This document shows, one piece after another, positions 42,467-51,799 of a stretch of 64,000 nucleotides of DNA (positions are counted from its first letter, which is position 1; the number at the start of each line of letters is the position of its first letter). The DNA is from Minisyncoccota bacterium. GTDB taxonomy: Bacteria; Patescibacteriota; Minisyncoccia; Phycocordibacterales; UBA9973. The DNA lies in assembly GCA_017991395.1 (NCBI GenBank), contig JAGOQQ010000001.1, positions 97,864-161,863 of the forward strand. Direction: 5' to 3'. The notes below the pieces were generated by a model. That model searched no databases, was not told where the DNA came from, and saw nothing but the letters and a program-made list of their open reading frames with translations. Both the position numbers and the translations under genes were made by a program.

Positions 42467-42997
42467 ATGGTGTACAATCCTAAATCCACGAACCTTAAAA
42501 AACAAAATATGGTAATGAAAAAGAAAGTAATTCTGATCACCGCATCAATTTCAGGTGCTTCTCTGACTGGACACAGACTTAGTGAAGCACTCAAACGCAC
42601 GGTCTTCAACGAAAGTATGCTTATCCAAAGGTCATCAATTGAAAGTGCCCTGCGCGATATGAAGCTCAATGATATCGCATGCGTGATATTTGAAAATGAA
42701 TGGTTACTCGAAAATGCGACCGCGCTCAACTTCCTTAAAGAATCGATCGAGAAAGTATCTCGCGAGGGTGTGCAAATTGTGTGCATGTTAGTTAGAAATA
42801 TTTTTGTACTGAACGACAAAGATATGAGCGAGAACGAAAAGTCTCTCAGGCTTCGACTACTTCCGTTTAAAAATAAGCCAAATCTTATCATTTTCAATTC
42901 ATATCCGGATGCCTATTTAATACTTACGCAGTATTTCGCATCTCATATGAAAAAGGAGGTGTTGGAACAAGAGTATAGTATGCAAAGTATTCACTAA
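42467..42997 (+). CDS. hypothetical protein (176 aa)
   Basis: ORF with downstream hairpin gaggacatatgtcctc plus T-run at 43021-43047. Confidence 0.4.
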   Translation: MVYNPKSTNLKKQNMVMKKKVILITASISGASLTGHRLSEALKRTVFNESMLIQRSSIESALRDMKLNDIACVIFENEWLLENATALNFLKESIEKVSREGVQIVCMLVRNIFVLNDKDMSENEKSLRLRLLPFKNKPNLIIFNSYPDAYLILTQYFASHMKKEVLEQEYSMQSIH

Positions 42998-43067
42998 TTT
43001 TGACAACAGAGAATTTCAAAGAGGACATATGTCCTCTTTTTTTATTTAACGAAACTCCCTGCGTATA

Positions 43068-43095
43068 TTGACAAAACGATAATGTGTGATACAAT
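43068..43095 (+). promoter_or_regulatory. sigma70-like promoter (TTGACA-16-TACAAT)
   Basis: ttgaca at 43068-73, 16-nt spacer, tacaat at 43090-95, read directly. It implies the downstream CDS starts at an internal ATG (43123). Confidence 0.5.
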
Positions 43096-43122
43096 ATGTC
43101 TAAACCATTAAAAACAAAGAAT

Positions 43123-43845
43123 ATGAAAGAACTCAAAAGGACCGAAAAGGCATTTATCTTGTTTATTGTATTTGCTATATCAGGATGTATCGGATTCACC
43201 GGTCATCATGCATTAGCTCAAACTGCCCACGCTGAATACTCTGGAACATGGCTTCATCGAATGGATGGCCCCTATAAAGACCGTCCGGAAAGACTGATTC
43301 ACACACTCAAAGTGCAAAACCAATTCCAGAATAAGTTTCGTTCTGAGTTTTATGCTCAGTACGGACAAATATGGAGGAACGCACTTGCGGGTGCTTCCTA
43401 CCAAGTGCACCCAGGCGTGTGGCTTGGAGCAGGCGGAGGAATTTCGATTCACCGCAATCACCTGCTTAGTTCAGTAAAAAATACTGATACAGGCGAGAGA
43501 ACCAAAACCTGGGAAAATGGTGAGAAGTATTCTTCGGAAGCGGCAATAGCCGGATTCGTTGATGCCACGTGGAAAAATTTCCGCCTAATTGGAAATTTGG
43601 ATCACTGTAAAAACACGTACAGATACAATGCCTCACTTGAATACATTCTTGATGAAAAAGTATCCGTGAGTCTAAATGCAGTACGATCGGCGGGCATTGG
43701 AGGAGGATTAGCAATCAACTTGCTTCCTCATGTTACGATCCGGCCAGGATGGAGCCGGTCGCTCGACATTTATGCGACAAATATCAACATTGGGGTGAGT
43801 ATTCACACCAACAAAACTGAATCCTTTCTAAGGTTCAAAAAATAG
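43123..43845 (+). CDS. secreted hypothetical protein, possibly beta-rich/OMP-like (ORF track 43096..43845)
   Basis: Signal peptide MKELKRTEKAFILFIVFAISGCIGFTG; alternating hydrophobic pattern; Gly-rich loops. Confidence 0.45.
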   Translation: MKELKRTEKAFILFIVFAISGCIGFTGHHALAQTAHAEYSGTWLHRMDGPYKDRPERLIHTLKVQNQFQNKFRSEFYAQYGQIWRNALAGASYQVHPGVWLGAGGGISIHRNHLLSSVKNTDTGERTKTWENGEKYSSEAAIAGFVDATWKNFRLIGNLDHCKNTYRYNASLEYILDEKVSVSLNAVRSAGIGGGLAINLLPHVTIRPGWSRSLDIYATNINIGVSIHTNKTESFLRFKK

Positions 43846-43962
43846 TGTTTTGAGTTTCTTTTCTTTCCCCTTTGACTTAATAAGTCGAAGGGGATTTTTT
43901 ATTGAAAAAAAATACCAAACTTATAAATAAGTTTGGTATTCAAATTTTTGTAATGGTGAAGG

Positions 43963-44319
43963 TTAACGTTTCTTTAATGCCGCATTAATTAAATCAGTCG
44001 TTACCATTTCATAACTAATCACTAAAATCAACAGAGTTGATAAACCGGGTTTAATGAATTGACCAAATTTATTTCTAAGATCATCATTTAGAAAATCTGC
44101 AATCGTATAGTGAATTAGATACATAACTATAACTAATTGCATGAACAAACAAAATATCGCGAAATATTTGTACAAAGTTTGACCAAGATTAATACCTTCT
44201 TGACGTTCCTCCATTTTCTTAGATAGGGAGAATTCTAACTTTTTAGTCATCTTGTTTTGTAATTTATAAAACATGATGTACATAAGCATGCAGACGAGAA
44301 CTGTGGTTAGTGTTACCAT
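43963..44319 (-). CDS. small polytopic membrane protein (118 aa)
   Basis: Three hydrophobic segments. Confidence 0.4.
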   Translation of the reverse strand: MVTLTTVLVCMLMYIMFYKLQNKMTKKLEFSLSKKMEERQEGINLGQTLYKYFAIFCLFMQLVIVMYLIHYTIADFLNDDLRNKFGQFIKPGLSTLLILVISYEMVTTDLINAALKKR

Positions 44320-44435
44320 TTTTTTGAGTTTTTTAGATCATATATTTTTTTAAATATAACATTTCCCAATACGCTTGTACATAAGACTGATTATATTGAA
44401 TTTTGAAATCAAATATGATACTATGATTTTCATAA

Positions 44436-44506
44436 GCGGGATTGGTTTAGTGGTAGAATGTCTGCCTTCCAAGCAGAAGACAAGAGTTCGATTCTCTTAT
44501 CCCGCA
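44436..44506 (+). tRNA. tRNA-Gly (anticodon UCC)
   Basis: Acceptor gcgggat/atcccgc; anticodon arm tctgc-cttccaa-gcaga; T-arm aagag-ttcgatt-ctctt. Confidence 0.85.
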
Positions 44507-44520
44507 CATGAGATATACAA

Positions 44521-44546
44521 AATCCACACGAGAGTGTGGATTTTGT
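44521..44546 (+). terminator. hairpin terminator after tRNA-Gly
   Basis: aatccacacgagagtgtggatttt. Confidence 0.55.
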
Positions 44547-44557
44547 TATAGCTCACT

Positions 44558-44687
44558 GCGGTAAGAGAATCGAAAGACGGAGGCGCGAAGCCGGTCACAA
44601 CAGTGACCGATGCCGAGTCGGGGTAGCGCAATTTTTCGAGCGCCGGCGAGAAAAATATGCGTGACCGATTCTCTTATCCCGCACCAT
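44558..44687 (+). repeat. tRNA-Gly-derived structured element: unique about 110 nt flanked by a complement of the tRNA 3' end and ending in an exact copy of the tRNA-Gly 3' end plus CCA
   Basis: gcggtaagagaatcg...ggtcacaacagtgacc...gtgaccgattctcttatcccgcacca; the 3' 18 nt are identical to 44488-44505. Confidence 0.6.
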
Positions 44688-44732
44688 AGAAAAAGTCGTC
44701 AGATACTTCTGGCGACTTTTTCTATCTAATTG

Positions 44733-44795
44733 AGGATAAGAGAATCGAAAGACGGAGGCGCGAAGTCGGTCACAACAGTGACCGACTCACTTATC
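44733..44795 (+). repeat. second tandem copy of the 5' half of the element at 44558
   Basis: gaggataagagaatcgaaagacggaggcgcgaagtcggtcacaacagtgaccga, about 95% identical to 44561-44609. Confidence 0.6.
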
Positions 44796-44805
44796 ATTTT
44801 AAATT

Positions 44806-44828
44806 TGAGAATAAAAAAAGAGCCACAA
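44806..44828 (-). terminator. terminator of macro-domain gene
   Basis: agagtcactttgtggctct plus T-run on the minus strand. Confidence 0.55.
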
Positions 44829-44843
44829 AGTGACTCTTTGAAC

Positions 44844-45362
44844 CTAGGCTTCTGAATAAGAACTAAACTCTTTCTTAAATACTCGCTCACTTGAACCCGA
44901 GAACAGGACCAAGTATATTGTTTTAAGTGAAACTTTATCGTTGTTTCTAATAAAATCAAAAATTGATTTTACAGCAATACGAGCAACTTCGACATCTTCA
45001 AACCCTCCACCAAAACCTGAGCCCAGCGAAGGAAACGCAATTGACTGAAAATCCCTCTGGTTTGCTTTGATTAAGCTATTCATAAAGCATTTACTAAGGA
45101 GCTCAGCTGAATTATCCATTTCTTTGTTAGGAGTTGGCGTATGTATAACATAGCGTGCTGGCAGTTGATACCCCCTAGTTACAACGGTTGAACCTGTTTT
45201 GCAACCGTTAAAATTTCTTAATTCAAGAGCAATATGAGGACCACCCTTTTTGTGAATCACCCCGTCCACCCCCGATCCTTGAACAAGACGTTCATTTGCT
45301 GGATTTACTATTGCATCAACACTATACTTTGTTAAATCTCCAATTTCGATAACAATGTTCAT
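44844..45362 (-). CDS. macro-domain protein (MacroD/YmdB-like ADP-ribose / O-acetyl-ADP-ribose hydrolase)
   Basis: GDLTKYSVDAIVNPANERLVQGSGVDGVIHKKGG...FPSLGSGFGG; 172 aa. Confidence 0.8.
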   Translation of the reverse strand: MNIVIEIGDLTKYSVDAIVNPANERLVQGSGVDGVIHKKGGPHIALELRNFNGCKTGSTVVTRGYQLPARYVIHTPTPNKEMDNSAELLSKCFMNSLIKANQRDFQSIAFPSLGSGFGGGFEDVEVARIAVKSIFDFIRNNDKVSLKTIYLVLFSGSSERVFKKEFSSYSEA

Positions 45363-45436
45363 ATATTTTCTTTTTTTCTTATTATAGCATATAATATGAA
45401 TTTGTAAAGTATGATTCTGGATGCTAGAATATAACT

Positions 45437-46078
45437 ATGAATTACGAAAGCCTTGAAACAAAAATTCCCAAAAAGGAGCCTGAATTGGATTCTATAATTG
45501 AGAAAATTCAATCAGTTAAAAGTCCAGAGCAAATAGAAACTCTCAAGCAAATGACTGGGGATTTATTAAATCTTCTAGAGGAAAAAATACATAAAAACTT
45601 GAAGTCTGATGTTGAGCACTCATATTTGGAGATGCAAAGCAGAAACCTCATTGTGCGTGTTGAGAATCTAAAAAATATTATTGATTGCGTGGTTGAAGAT
45701 AAGAGTTTTGAGATTGGAACAAACGAAGATCATTATGCAAACTCAGTACTACCCACACCTGAAGGTATTAAAATTGCCTTCGCGGAAGGAATGTCCAAAG
45801 GAGCAATAAAAATAATGGCAGGCTATGATATTAAATCAGCTGTATCTCTTGACCAAGATCATTTCGAAGTTTTTGAGATTGATTCAATAGAAGGAGAGAT
45901 TAGAGATGAATACTTACGAAAAAATGTTTGCAGGCACCTTCACGGCGTAATTCGAAGAGAATTTATTAAGCATATTATCCTTCGCATACCAACAACATTG
46001 TTTCCAGAGGAAAGACTCACCTCTTTTGAGAAAACACACCAAGGACCTTTTATATTTCGATATATTAAACTAGATTAA
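45437..46078 (+). CDS. hypothetical protein (213 aa)
   Basis: ORF; no motif recognised. Confidence 0.4.
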   Translation: MNYESLETKIPKKEPELDSIIEKIQSVKSPEQIETLKQMTGDLLNLLEEKIHKNLKSDVEHSYLEMQSRNLIVRVENLKNIIDCVVEDKSFEIGTNEDHYANSVLPTPEGIKIAFAEGMSKGAIKIMAGYDIKSAVSLDQDHFEVFEIDSIEGEIRDEYLRKNVCRHLHGVIRREFIKHIILRIPTTLFPEERLTSFEKTHQGPFIFRYIKLD

Positions 46079-46133
46079 TACATCATTGAAATAATTAAAA
46101 ATTATGCTATATTTAACCTGTTTTTAGTTTTTT

Positions 46134-46204
46134 CGGGGTGTAGTATATCGGTAGTATACATGTTTTGGGAACATGAGGGCAGGGTTCGATTCCCTGCACC
46201 CCGA
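46134..46204 (+). tRNA. tRNA-Pro (anticodon UGG)
   Basis: Acceptor cggggtg/caccccg; anticodon arm catgt-tttggga-acatg; T-arm cagggttcgattccctg. Confidence 0.8.
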
Positions 46205-46232
46205 CCGAATGAAATGAGGGATGTGAAATTCA

Positions 46233-46264
46233 AAAGAGCGACGGCTATGCCGTCGCTCTTTTGA
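46233..46264 (+). terminator. hairpin after tRNA-Pro (agagcg...cgctct family)
   Basis: aaaagagcgacggctatgccgtcgctctttt. Confidence 0.6.
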
Positions 46265-46348
46265 ATTATTTTCTTATTTAGCTTTTAGTTTTGACCTTTT
46301 AACTCTGGTGGTATTCGCGGTATAATAAACAAAAAATGCACCTCACAA

Positions 46349-47455
46349 ATGAAAGACCTTACCTCCCCCACCCCGACCAGAGTCGCATTCAAAAGTCCCA
46401 CACAGCTTGGACTCAAAGAAGCGCTCAATACCGCAGTCAATGAATATTTCGAAAGAGAACATGTTCCAAAGACAGGTACATTCAAATTATTTAGTAAAAC
46501 AATTATTTTGTTTAGTATGTTGGTAGGGGTGTACTGTGCGATTTTGTTTTCGCAATCACACATCCTGTCATACGTATTTCTCTATCCATTACTCGGTTTG
46601 ATATTCGCATCAATTGGATTCAATGTAATGCACGACGCCGCGCACAAATCCTATTCAAGCAAAAAATGGATCAATGAATTGTTTGGTTATAGTCTCAATC
46701 TTGTCGGTGGCAATGTGCACTTTTGGAAACAAAAACACAACGTTGCCCACCACACGTACACAAACGTACACAAACATGATGAAGACATTGATATCCCTAA
46801 AATGCGAGTTCACTTAGATCAAGAATGGAAATGGTATCACAGGTATCAACACTTATACTGGGTGCTATTTTATTCACTTACCTATTTGTTATGGATAACT
46901 GTAAGCGATTTCGGAAAATATTCTTCCGGAAGAATCAGGACCGCATCGGGCGGAAGAATAATAATGAACACAAAAGAACATATTATCTTTTGGTTTAGTA
47001 AGATTTTCTATCTTACAGTGTTCATAGGAATTCCTGCGTATTACCAAGGGATTGCATATGCACTAATCGGTTTCTTGATTCTCTTGCCTGTGTGTGGATT
47101 TGTTATCGCAACAGTATTTCAACTTGCACATATTGTTGAAAACACAGACAATGTATCTGCAAAAGATGGAATTATTGAAGATGATTGGACTGCACACCAG
47201 CTCAAAACTACTGCAAATTTTGGCACACACAGCAAAGTGCTATCGTGGTACGTAGGTGGTCTCAACTTTCAAGTTGAGCATCACCTCTTTCCAAAAATCA
47301 GTCATATTCACTACCCTGCAATTAGGCCGATAGTGAAAAAGACTGCCGAACGTTTTGGAATCAAATACAACGAAGAACCGACTCTGTGGTCTGCAATTCG
47401 TTCGCATGTTCGTGTACTCAAAAAACTCGGACAAAACCCTTCTTCTGTTGCATAG
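46349..47455 (+). CDS. membrane fatty-acid desaturase (three His-box family)
   Basis: His boxes HDAAH, HNVAHHTYTN and QVEHHLFP; multiple TM segments; 368 aa. Confidence 0.88.
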   Translation: MKDLTSPTPTRVAFKSPTQLGLKEALNTAVNEYFEREHVPKTGTFKLFSKTIILFSMLVGVYCAILFSQSHILSYVFLYPLLGLIFASIGFNVMHDAAHKSYSSKKWINELFGYSLNLVGGNVHFWKQKHNVAHHTYTNVHKHDEDIDIPKMRVHLDQEWKWYHRYQHLYWVLFYSLTYLLWITVSDFGKYSSGRIRTASGGRIIMNTKEHIIFWFSKIFYLTVFIGIPAYYQGIAYALIGFLILLPVCGFVIATVFQLAHIVENTDNVSAKDGIIEDDWTAHQLKTTANFGTHSKVLSWYVGGLNFQVEHHLFPKISHIHYPAIRPIVKKTAERFGIKYNEEPTLWSAIRSHVRVLKKLGQNPSSVA

Positions 47456-47473
47456 AATGCAACAGAAAACCGG

Positions 47474-47505
47474 AGCACAACGCTCCGGTTTTTTTAATTG
47501 GAATT
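47474..47505 (+). terminator. rho-independent terminator after desaturase
   Basis: aaaaccggagcacaacgctccggtttttt. Confidence 0.65.
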
Positions 47506-47549
47506 TTCTAAAATTTTTGAGATGTCACACTCGTAGTGCTTCAGAATCA

Positions 47550-47575
47550 ATAAAAAAACACGCCGAAGCGTGTTG
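47550..47575 (-). terminator. terminator of 47598..47969 gene
   Basis: aacacgccgaagcgtgtt plus T-run on the minus strand. Confidence 0.55.
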
Positions 47576-47597
47576 AGTTACATTTACTTTTATTTAG

Positions 47598-47969
47598 TTA
47601 AAACGGTTTCCATTCTCTTGTTAGGAAATGAATAATGCTTACTTTATTTTCAGACAGGTCTTTGACTGAAGTGTATGAAATAGTTTTTTCAACTTCCATA
47701 TCCCTATTGTAAAACTCTACTATAATTTCTCCGTTTTCTTGAAGGAGACACTGAATTGAGTCGCACTGTGTTCGTCTTATGGACATAAAAAACCCTCTGA
47801 TTGTTTTTGGATGTTTGTTCAATACTTCATCAAGGTAATCAGGGTTAGCAGGCTGACTTTCCTTTGCAGTAAAATCAAAAGGTTTCAGCGGGCGTTCAAC
47901 CATTTTTATGTTAAAACATAGTTCCCCAAGTTCGCAGAATAGTTTGTTGAATTTTTCTATTATTTCCAT
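47598..47969 (-). CDS. hypothetical protein (123 aa)
   Basis: ORF bounded by a terminator. Confidence 0.4.
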   Translation of the reverse strand: MEIIEKFNKLFCELGELCFNIKMVERPLKPFDFTAKESQPANPDYLDEVLNKHPKTIRGFFMSIRRTQCDSIQCLLQENGEIIVEFYNRDMEVEKTISYTSVKDLSENKVSIIHFLTREWKPF

Positions 47970-48139
47970 TGTTAGATATTTATTGAGTTATCTTTATTTC
48001 CATTAGAAACAAAGAAAACCCAATAAACTCACAATAAAAAACTAAACATCAAAAGAACTATCGTCTGAAATATGATAACACAATAGTATCAAATTGTCAA
48101 ACACTTACCGCAGAGGTGAATGGGCTTCATGCTCTGTGT

Positions 48140-48228
48140 TCTATTGACTCACTAAAGTCTAAAGACTAGCAACTAAAGACTGTATTTTTCCGCACTAAGT
48201 CAGCGTTCAGTCCGCGACTGTTCGCGTT
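48140..48228. repeat. partial copy of dispersed repeat family
   Basis: cactaaagtctaaagactagcaactaaagactgtat and agtcagcgttcagtccgcgactgttcgcgttttacgg modules, shared with 13530-13560 and 22290-22345. Confidence 0.6.
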
Positions 48229-49071
48229 TTACGGCTGAAGAATCCCCTCACTCACTCCATCAATAGAAATCACTACGCTTGTAACTGTAGGAAATTGTTT
48301 TAGTGTTGATTCTATTTGTGCGCGAATCTGCCCTACTCTGCATGATCCTGCCACACCTTCACCAAGCACACTATTGAAATCCACTTTTGCTTCTCCGTTT
48401 GCAATTGTTATTTTATTTAATTCAATTCCAGAGTTTAGTGAGGTACTATATCCTTCCTGTAATTCGCTATTGGTTGTTCCCTTCAATAGCTCTTTGATTG
48501 CCATCGTTGCAGTCTTTGGATCTTTTTTTACCGTGCGAACAACAGGATATACTTTTCCACAATCAATTTGATTTGGATTATAAATTGAATTACCGAAAAA
48601 TACATTTAGCTTCATTCCCTCACTTGGCACAAATTTGACTGGGATCTCAATTTCCTCATCAAGCGATCTATCTTCAGACGGATTAGATTTTTTGAGCACG
48701 AGCACGCCTTCAGTTTTGTCTGTAAAAAATTCTACTGTCTGATCAAACACCACAGGATCCGCGGTCATCCAATCACTTTTTGATTGAATAGGTCCCATAG
48801 AAATAATATTTCCCTGGTTGTCCTTCAAAAAATAAGGGAAACTACCTTCAAAAAACCAACCTCCCTTTGCAGTACCTTTGATAACAACTTTTCCATCGAG
48901 CAGATCCCCTGCTTTCGGAGATTCAAGCACAATTGATGGATTCTTAACCACAGGAATTTCCCCTTCTGGTGGCTGATTCTTTTTCCTCTCTAGGCTTTGA
49001 TAAAAAATTATTCCTACCAAAGAAACAAGGAGCACCAATACTATATAAAATGTTTTTTTAGAGTTTTGCAT
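48229..49071 (-). CDS. membrane-anchored GerMN-domain-like protein
   Basis: Start trimmed to MQNSKKTFYIVLVLLVSLVGII; C-terminal region VYPVVRTV...TATMAIKELLKGTT...GIELNKITIANGEAKVDFN resembles the GerMN fold signature. Confidence 0.45.
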   Translation of the reverse strand: MQNSKKTFYIVLVLLVSLVGIIFYQSLERKKNQPPEGEIPVVKNPSIVLESPKAGDLLDGKVVIKGTAKGGWFFEGSFPYFLKDNQGNIISMGPIQSKSDWMTADPVVFDQTVEFFTDKTEGVLVLKKSNPSEDRSLDEEIEIPVKFVPSEGMKLNVFFGNSIYNPNQIDCGKVYPVVRTVKKDPKTATMAIKELLKGTTNSELQEGYSTSLNSGIELNKITIANGEAKVDFNSVLGEGVAGSCRVGQIRAQIESTLKQFPTVTSVVISIDGVSEGILQP

Positions 49072-49129
49072 ATGTATATAGTATAGCAAAATAAAAAGCG
49101 CTCCGTATCTAAACGGAGCGCTAAACTAT

Positions 49130-49966
49130 TTATGCGTATCTCAATCCATCATAGAGGATCGAGTGAGCCAGGTAAACCTTATCCAATCTAGTTATCGCAG
49201 ATCTTAAGAAAGGTTTAACAAATTTTATGTCCTTGGACATAAATTCTGACGAAGGATCAACCCGCCGGTTTGCAAACAAATTCTCTTTTCTTATAGTGAG
49301 AACATCACCCACTATCCTTGGAGTAAACTTGTCCATTGTGAAAAAATGGTTTGCGTCAATGTCGACGGTTATCACACCCCTATTCGCATGGTTAAATGAG
49401 ATAGCATAGGCTTCAAATGGACACGCAGACAGAGCACAAAGACCGGGAACTTTGGTCATGAGCTGATATTCCTCAGCGTCCGGATGCCACACGAAGTGGA
49501 ACTTTCCTCTGTAAATTTCGTTACTAGGATACTCATAACTATTCGAGAGCTTAAACCATAGCATTCGCTTTAGGTCTTGTGGCTGCAAACTGGAAAATGG
49601 CTTAGGAATTTTGTAGTAAAAATTTTGAATTTCCCTACAGCTTTTGGAAAAGACTTTATCGTACTTTTCGAGTTCGACAAAAACCTCCTCGGGGCTCCCT
49701 CCTTGCAAAATATCTTTTCTCTGCCTTACGACCCTCTCGAGGTGTTCAAGGTCAGGCCTAAGGCTAACAATCGACGCATTATCGGTTGTCTTCATTGAGC
49801 CGGCTTGCGATGAATTTGAGAGTTTCATTAAATGGAAATAATCTTCCAATAACTCATTTATTGAGTCATCATCGAGATGAAGACTTTTTGCTTGATGGTC
49901 AATCTTGACCTCAACACCCTTCATAATCTTGGGAATGGATTTCGATATCAATAGGATTGTTTGCAT
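49130..49966 (-). CDS. hypothetical protein (278 aa)
   Basis: ORF only. Confidence 0.4.
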   Translation of the reverse strand: MQTILLISKSIPKIMKGVEVKIDHQAKSLHLDDDSINELLEDYFHLMKLSNSSQAGSMKTTDNASIVSLRPDLEHLERVVRQRKDILQGGSPEEVFVELEKYDKVFSKSCREIQNFYYKIPKPFSSLQPQDLKRMLWFKLSNSYEYPSNEIYRGKFHFVWHPDAEEYQLMTKVPGLCALSACPFEAYAISFNHANRGVITVDIDANHFFTMDKFTPRIVGDVLTIRKENLFANRRVDPSSEFMSKDIKFVKPFLRSAITRLDKVYLAHSILYDGLRYA

Positions 49967-50146
49967 ATTGTTTTAGTTTTTAGTGTGCGTTTAATGTCAG
50001 ACTAACACAATATTGAGCAAAAGTCAATGGTATCTTCAAGTTTAATCTTAGTGCAATCCTCATGCGAAACTACACTAAATGGGTATAGTGGAGTTTTGGA
50101 TAACGAATTCACTATCCCCTAAAACCTATTCCCTATTCACTCCCAT

Positions 50147-50722
50147 TCAAATATTCACATTTTCATATTGCACTACCCTCGCCTGCTTGCTGTGGATATC
50201 CAAAAAGACACATAAAAGGTCTATACGCCATTTTTTATTATAAAGGACACTCTTATCGGACAAATAGATTTCTATTGTCCTATAGAGCTTTTGGAGCTTT
50301 CTAGGGTGCAAGTTATCTTCGGGTCTTATCTGTATTTCATGTCCTTTATGAAATTGATCTGTTTTCCCTCCAGATTGATGCGAATTTGTTTGATTTGTTA
50401 CATGTGTAACATCATTATTTGTTTCATGTGGAACAGTATTTGCCGCATTGCCCTTATTTTGCAAGGTTTTTGCAATTGAAACTTCGCTTTCTGTGTTCCC
50501 TGTCTTGGTCAGCATGTTAAAGTACTCGCTTGAAACCGATACTGCTTTTACCTCAACAAACACAATACTATCACCAAACTTTGCCACAATATCGATTTCT
50601 CCTTGTGATATCGTGTAGTTTCGCTCGATTATCTTATATCCCTTCCCGACTAGGTACTTTTCGGCAAGACTCTCGCCTAGCTCCCCTACTTTCTGAGATT
50701 TTGAGGTAAAAACCTTTGGCAT
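50147..50722 (-). CDS. YraN-family (UPF0102) endonuclease-like protein carrying an about 70-aa low-complexity in-frame insertion
   Basis: GELGESLAEKYLVGKGYKIIERNYTISQGEIDIVAKFGDSIVFVEVKA matches UPF0102. Inserted segment ...TGNTESEVSIAKTLQNKGNAANTVPHETNNDVTHVTNQTNSHQSGGKTDQFHKG... is encoded by DNA containing palindromic GTTWCAYGTGDAAC motifs. Confidence 0.7.
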   Translation of the reverse strand: MPKVFTSKSQKVGELGESLAEKYLVGKGYKIIERNYTISQGEIDIVAKFGDSIVFVEVKAVSVSSEYFNMLTKTGNTESEVSIAKTLQNKGNAANTVPHETNNDVTHVTNQTNSHQSGGKTDQFHKGHEIQIRPEDNLHPRKLQKLYRTIEIYLSDKSVLYNKKWRIDLLCVFLDIHSKQARVVQYENVNI

Positions 50723-50760
50723 ATGTTTATAGTATAAATTGTTACACGTGGAACATTAAG

Positions 50761-51104
50761 AGGAAAACCCTGGGAGGCAGAACGTAGCTCGTGATGCGCA
50801 GAACGTTTAACGTAGATCACTGAAACATAGGAATACAGCATTTGTGACATCCTGTGCCTTGTGCTGAATTTATTTCAGTATTGTTTCAGGATCCGCAGGG
50901 TTTTTTAATCATCCTCATTTGGAGCTTTGCATAAGTGTTCCCTTAACACGTATATTTTCTTGCTAGAAAATTACTATACTCGCGCCGTCGCGCTTCGTAA
51001 TGTTCCAAAGTGAGGAGGATTCTGGTTTTTAAAAACCAAATTTTAATAATACAGAAGAGCGACTCCTAGAGCGCCGCCTGTATGATAATTTAGCAATATT
51101 ATCA
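50761..51104. repeat. inverted copy of composite dispersed repeat (homologous to 28560-28860 and 14500-14800 in opposite orientation)
   Basis: 50975-51035 is the reverse complement of 28606-28660 with about 2 mismatches; 50830-50900 is the reverse complement of 14540-14600 (approximate). Confidence 0.75.
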
Positions 51105-51156
51105 CTAATCTTCGCTTTGTTACACATGAAACTGTTTCACGTGAAACAGTTTCATG
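51105..51156. repeat. 52-bp perfect palindrome centred on CACGTG
   Basis: ctttgttacacatgaaactgtttcacgtgaaacagtttcatgtgtaacaaag is its own reverse complement (checked base by base). Confidence 0.9.
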
Positions 51157-51526
51157 TGTAACAAAGTTAAAAAATTATAGAAATTGCTCATAATTTCGCA
51201 GGATATTCGGATCCACGGGTAACACTTATGCAAAGATACCCACAATCCACAAATACTCTGTGTAAAACTTTATCCGGGAAGAATTTTGTTTAGGACATTG
51301 AGTGATTTTCAGTAATACGTTGATAAATAACGATATTATTGACAAAAGGGAAGTGAGTCCAATAAAAATATGCCTATCATTACAGTGTCTTTAATAACAA
51401 TATCCCCCGAGTTATCCACAGTTTTGCACATTTTTACCCATATTTTTCAATAAATTGCTTTATTTTTAAGGACAAAATAAAAATGCCCTTTATTTTCATA
51501 AAGGGCACACAAGTTCAATAATTTCC

Positions 51527-51745
51527 TTAGTCTCCGGCAAATCCACTTTGCGCACCAAGTGGAATCTGAGATCCTCTAGTAAGTTTATAGAGCTCTCGTG
51601 TAGCCTCAGTGAGTCTTTGAATTTGCTCTTTTCTTGAATCGATTTCTTTATCGACCGGATCGAGTTGTGATGCAAACTGGTAGCTTTCTTTGCTCAGCAC
51701 AAGCTCGGCAAACTTTTCATCTCTTAGTTTTTGTCTTTTTCCCAT
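51527..51745 (-). CDS. hypothetical small protein (72 aa)
   Basis: ORF. Confidence 0.3.
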   Translation of the reverse strand: MGKRQKLRDEKFAELVLSKESYQFASQLDPVDKEIDSRKEQIQRLTEATRELYKLTRGSQIPLGAQSGFAGD

Positions 51746-51799
51746 GGGTTATACGATTTTCCATATTTAACCACATATTTATCAAAAAGAAAAGCCCCG

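Noticed and set aside
44844-46078. Macro-domain gene plus adjacent 213-aa gene as a DarT/DarG-like toxin-antitoxin pair
   Set aside because: Genes are divergent rather than co-oriented, the macro protein lacks the DarG C-terminal domain, and the 213-aa protein shows no recognisable ART-fold motifs. A stand-alone MacroD/YmdB-like hydrolase is more parsimonious.
46296-46335. ttgacc … tataat upstream of the desaturase gene as a sigma70 promoter
   Set aside because: Spacer is about 24 nt, too long for a canonical promoter; not reported as a feature.
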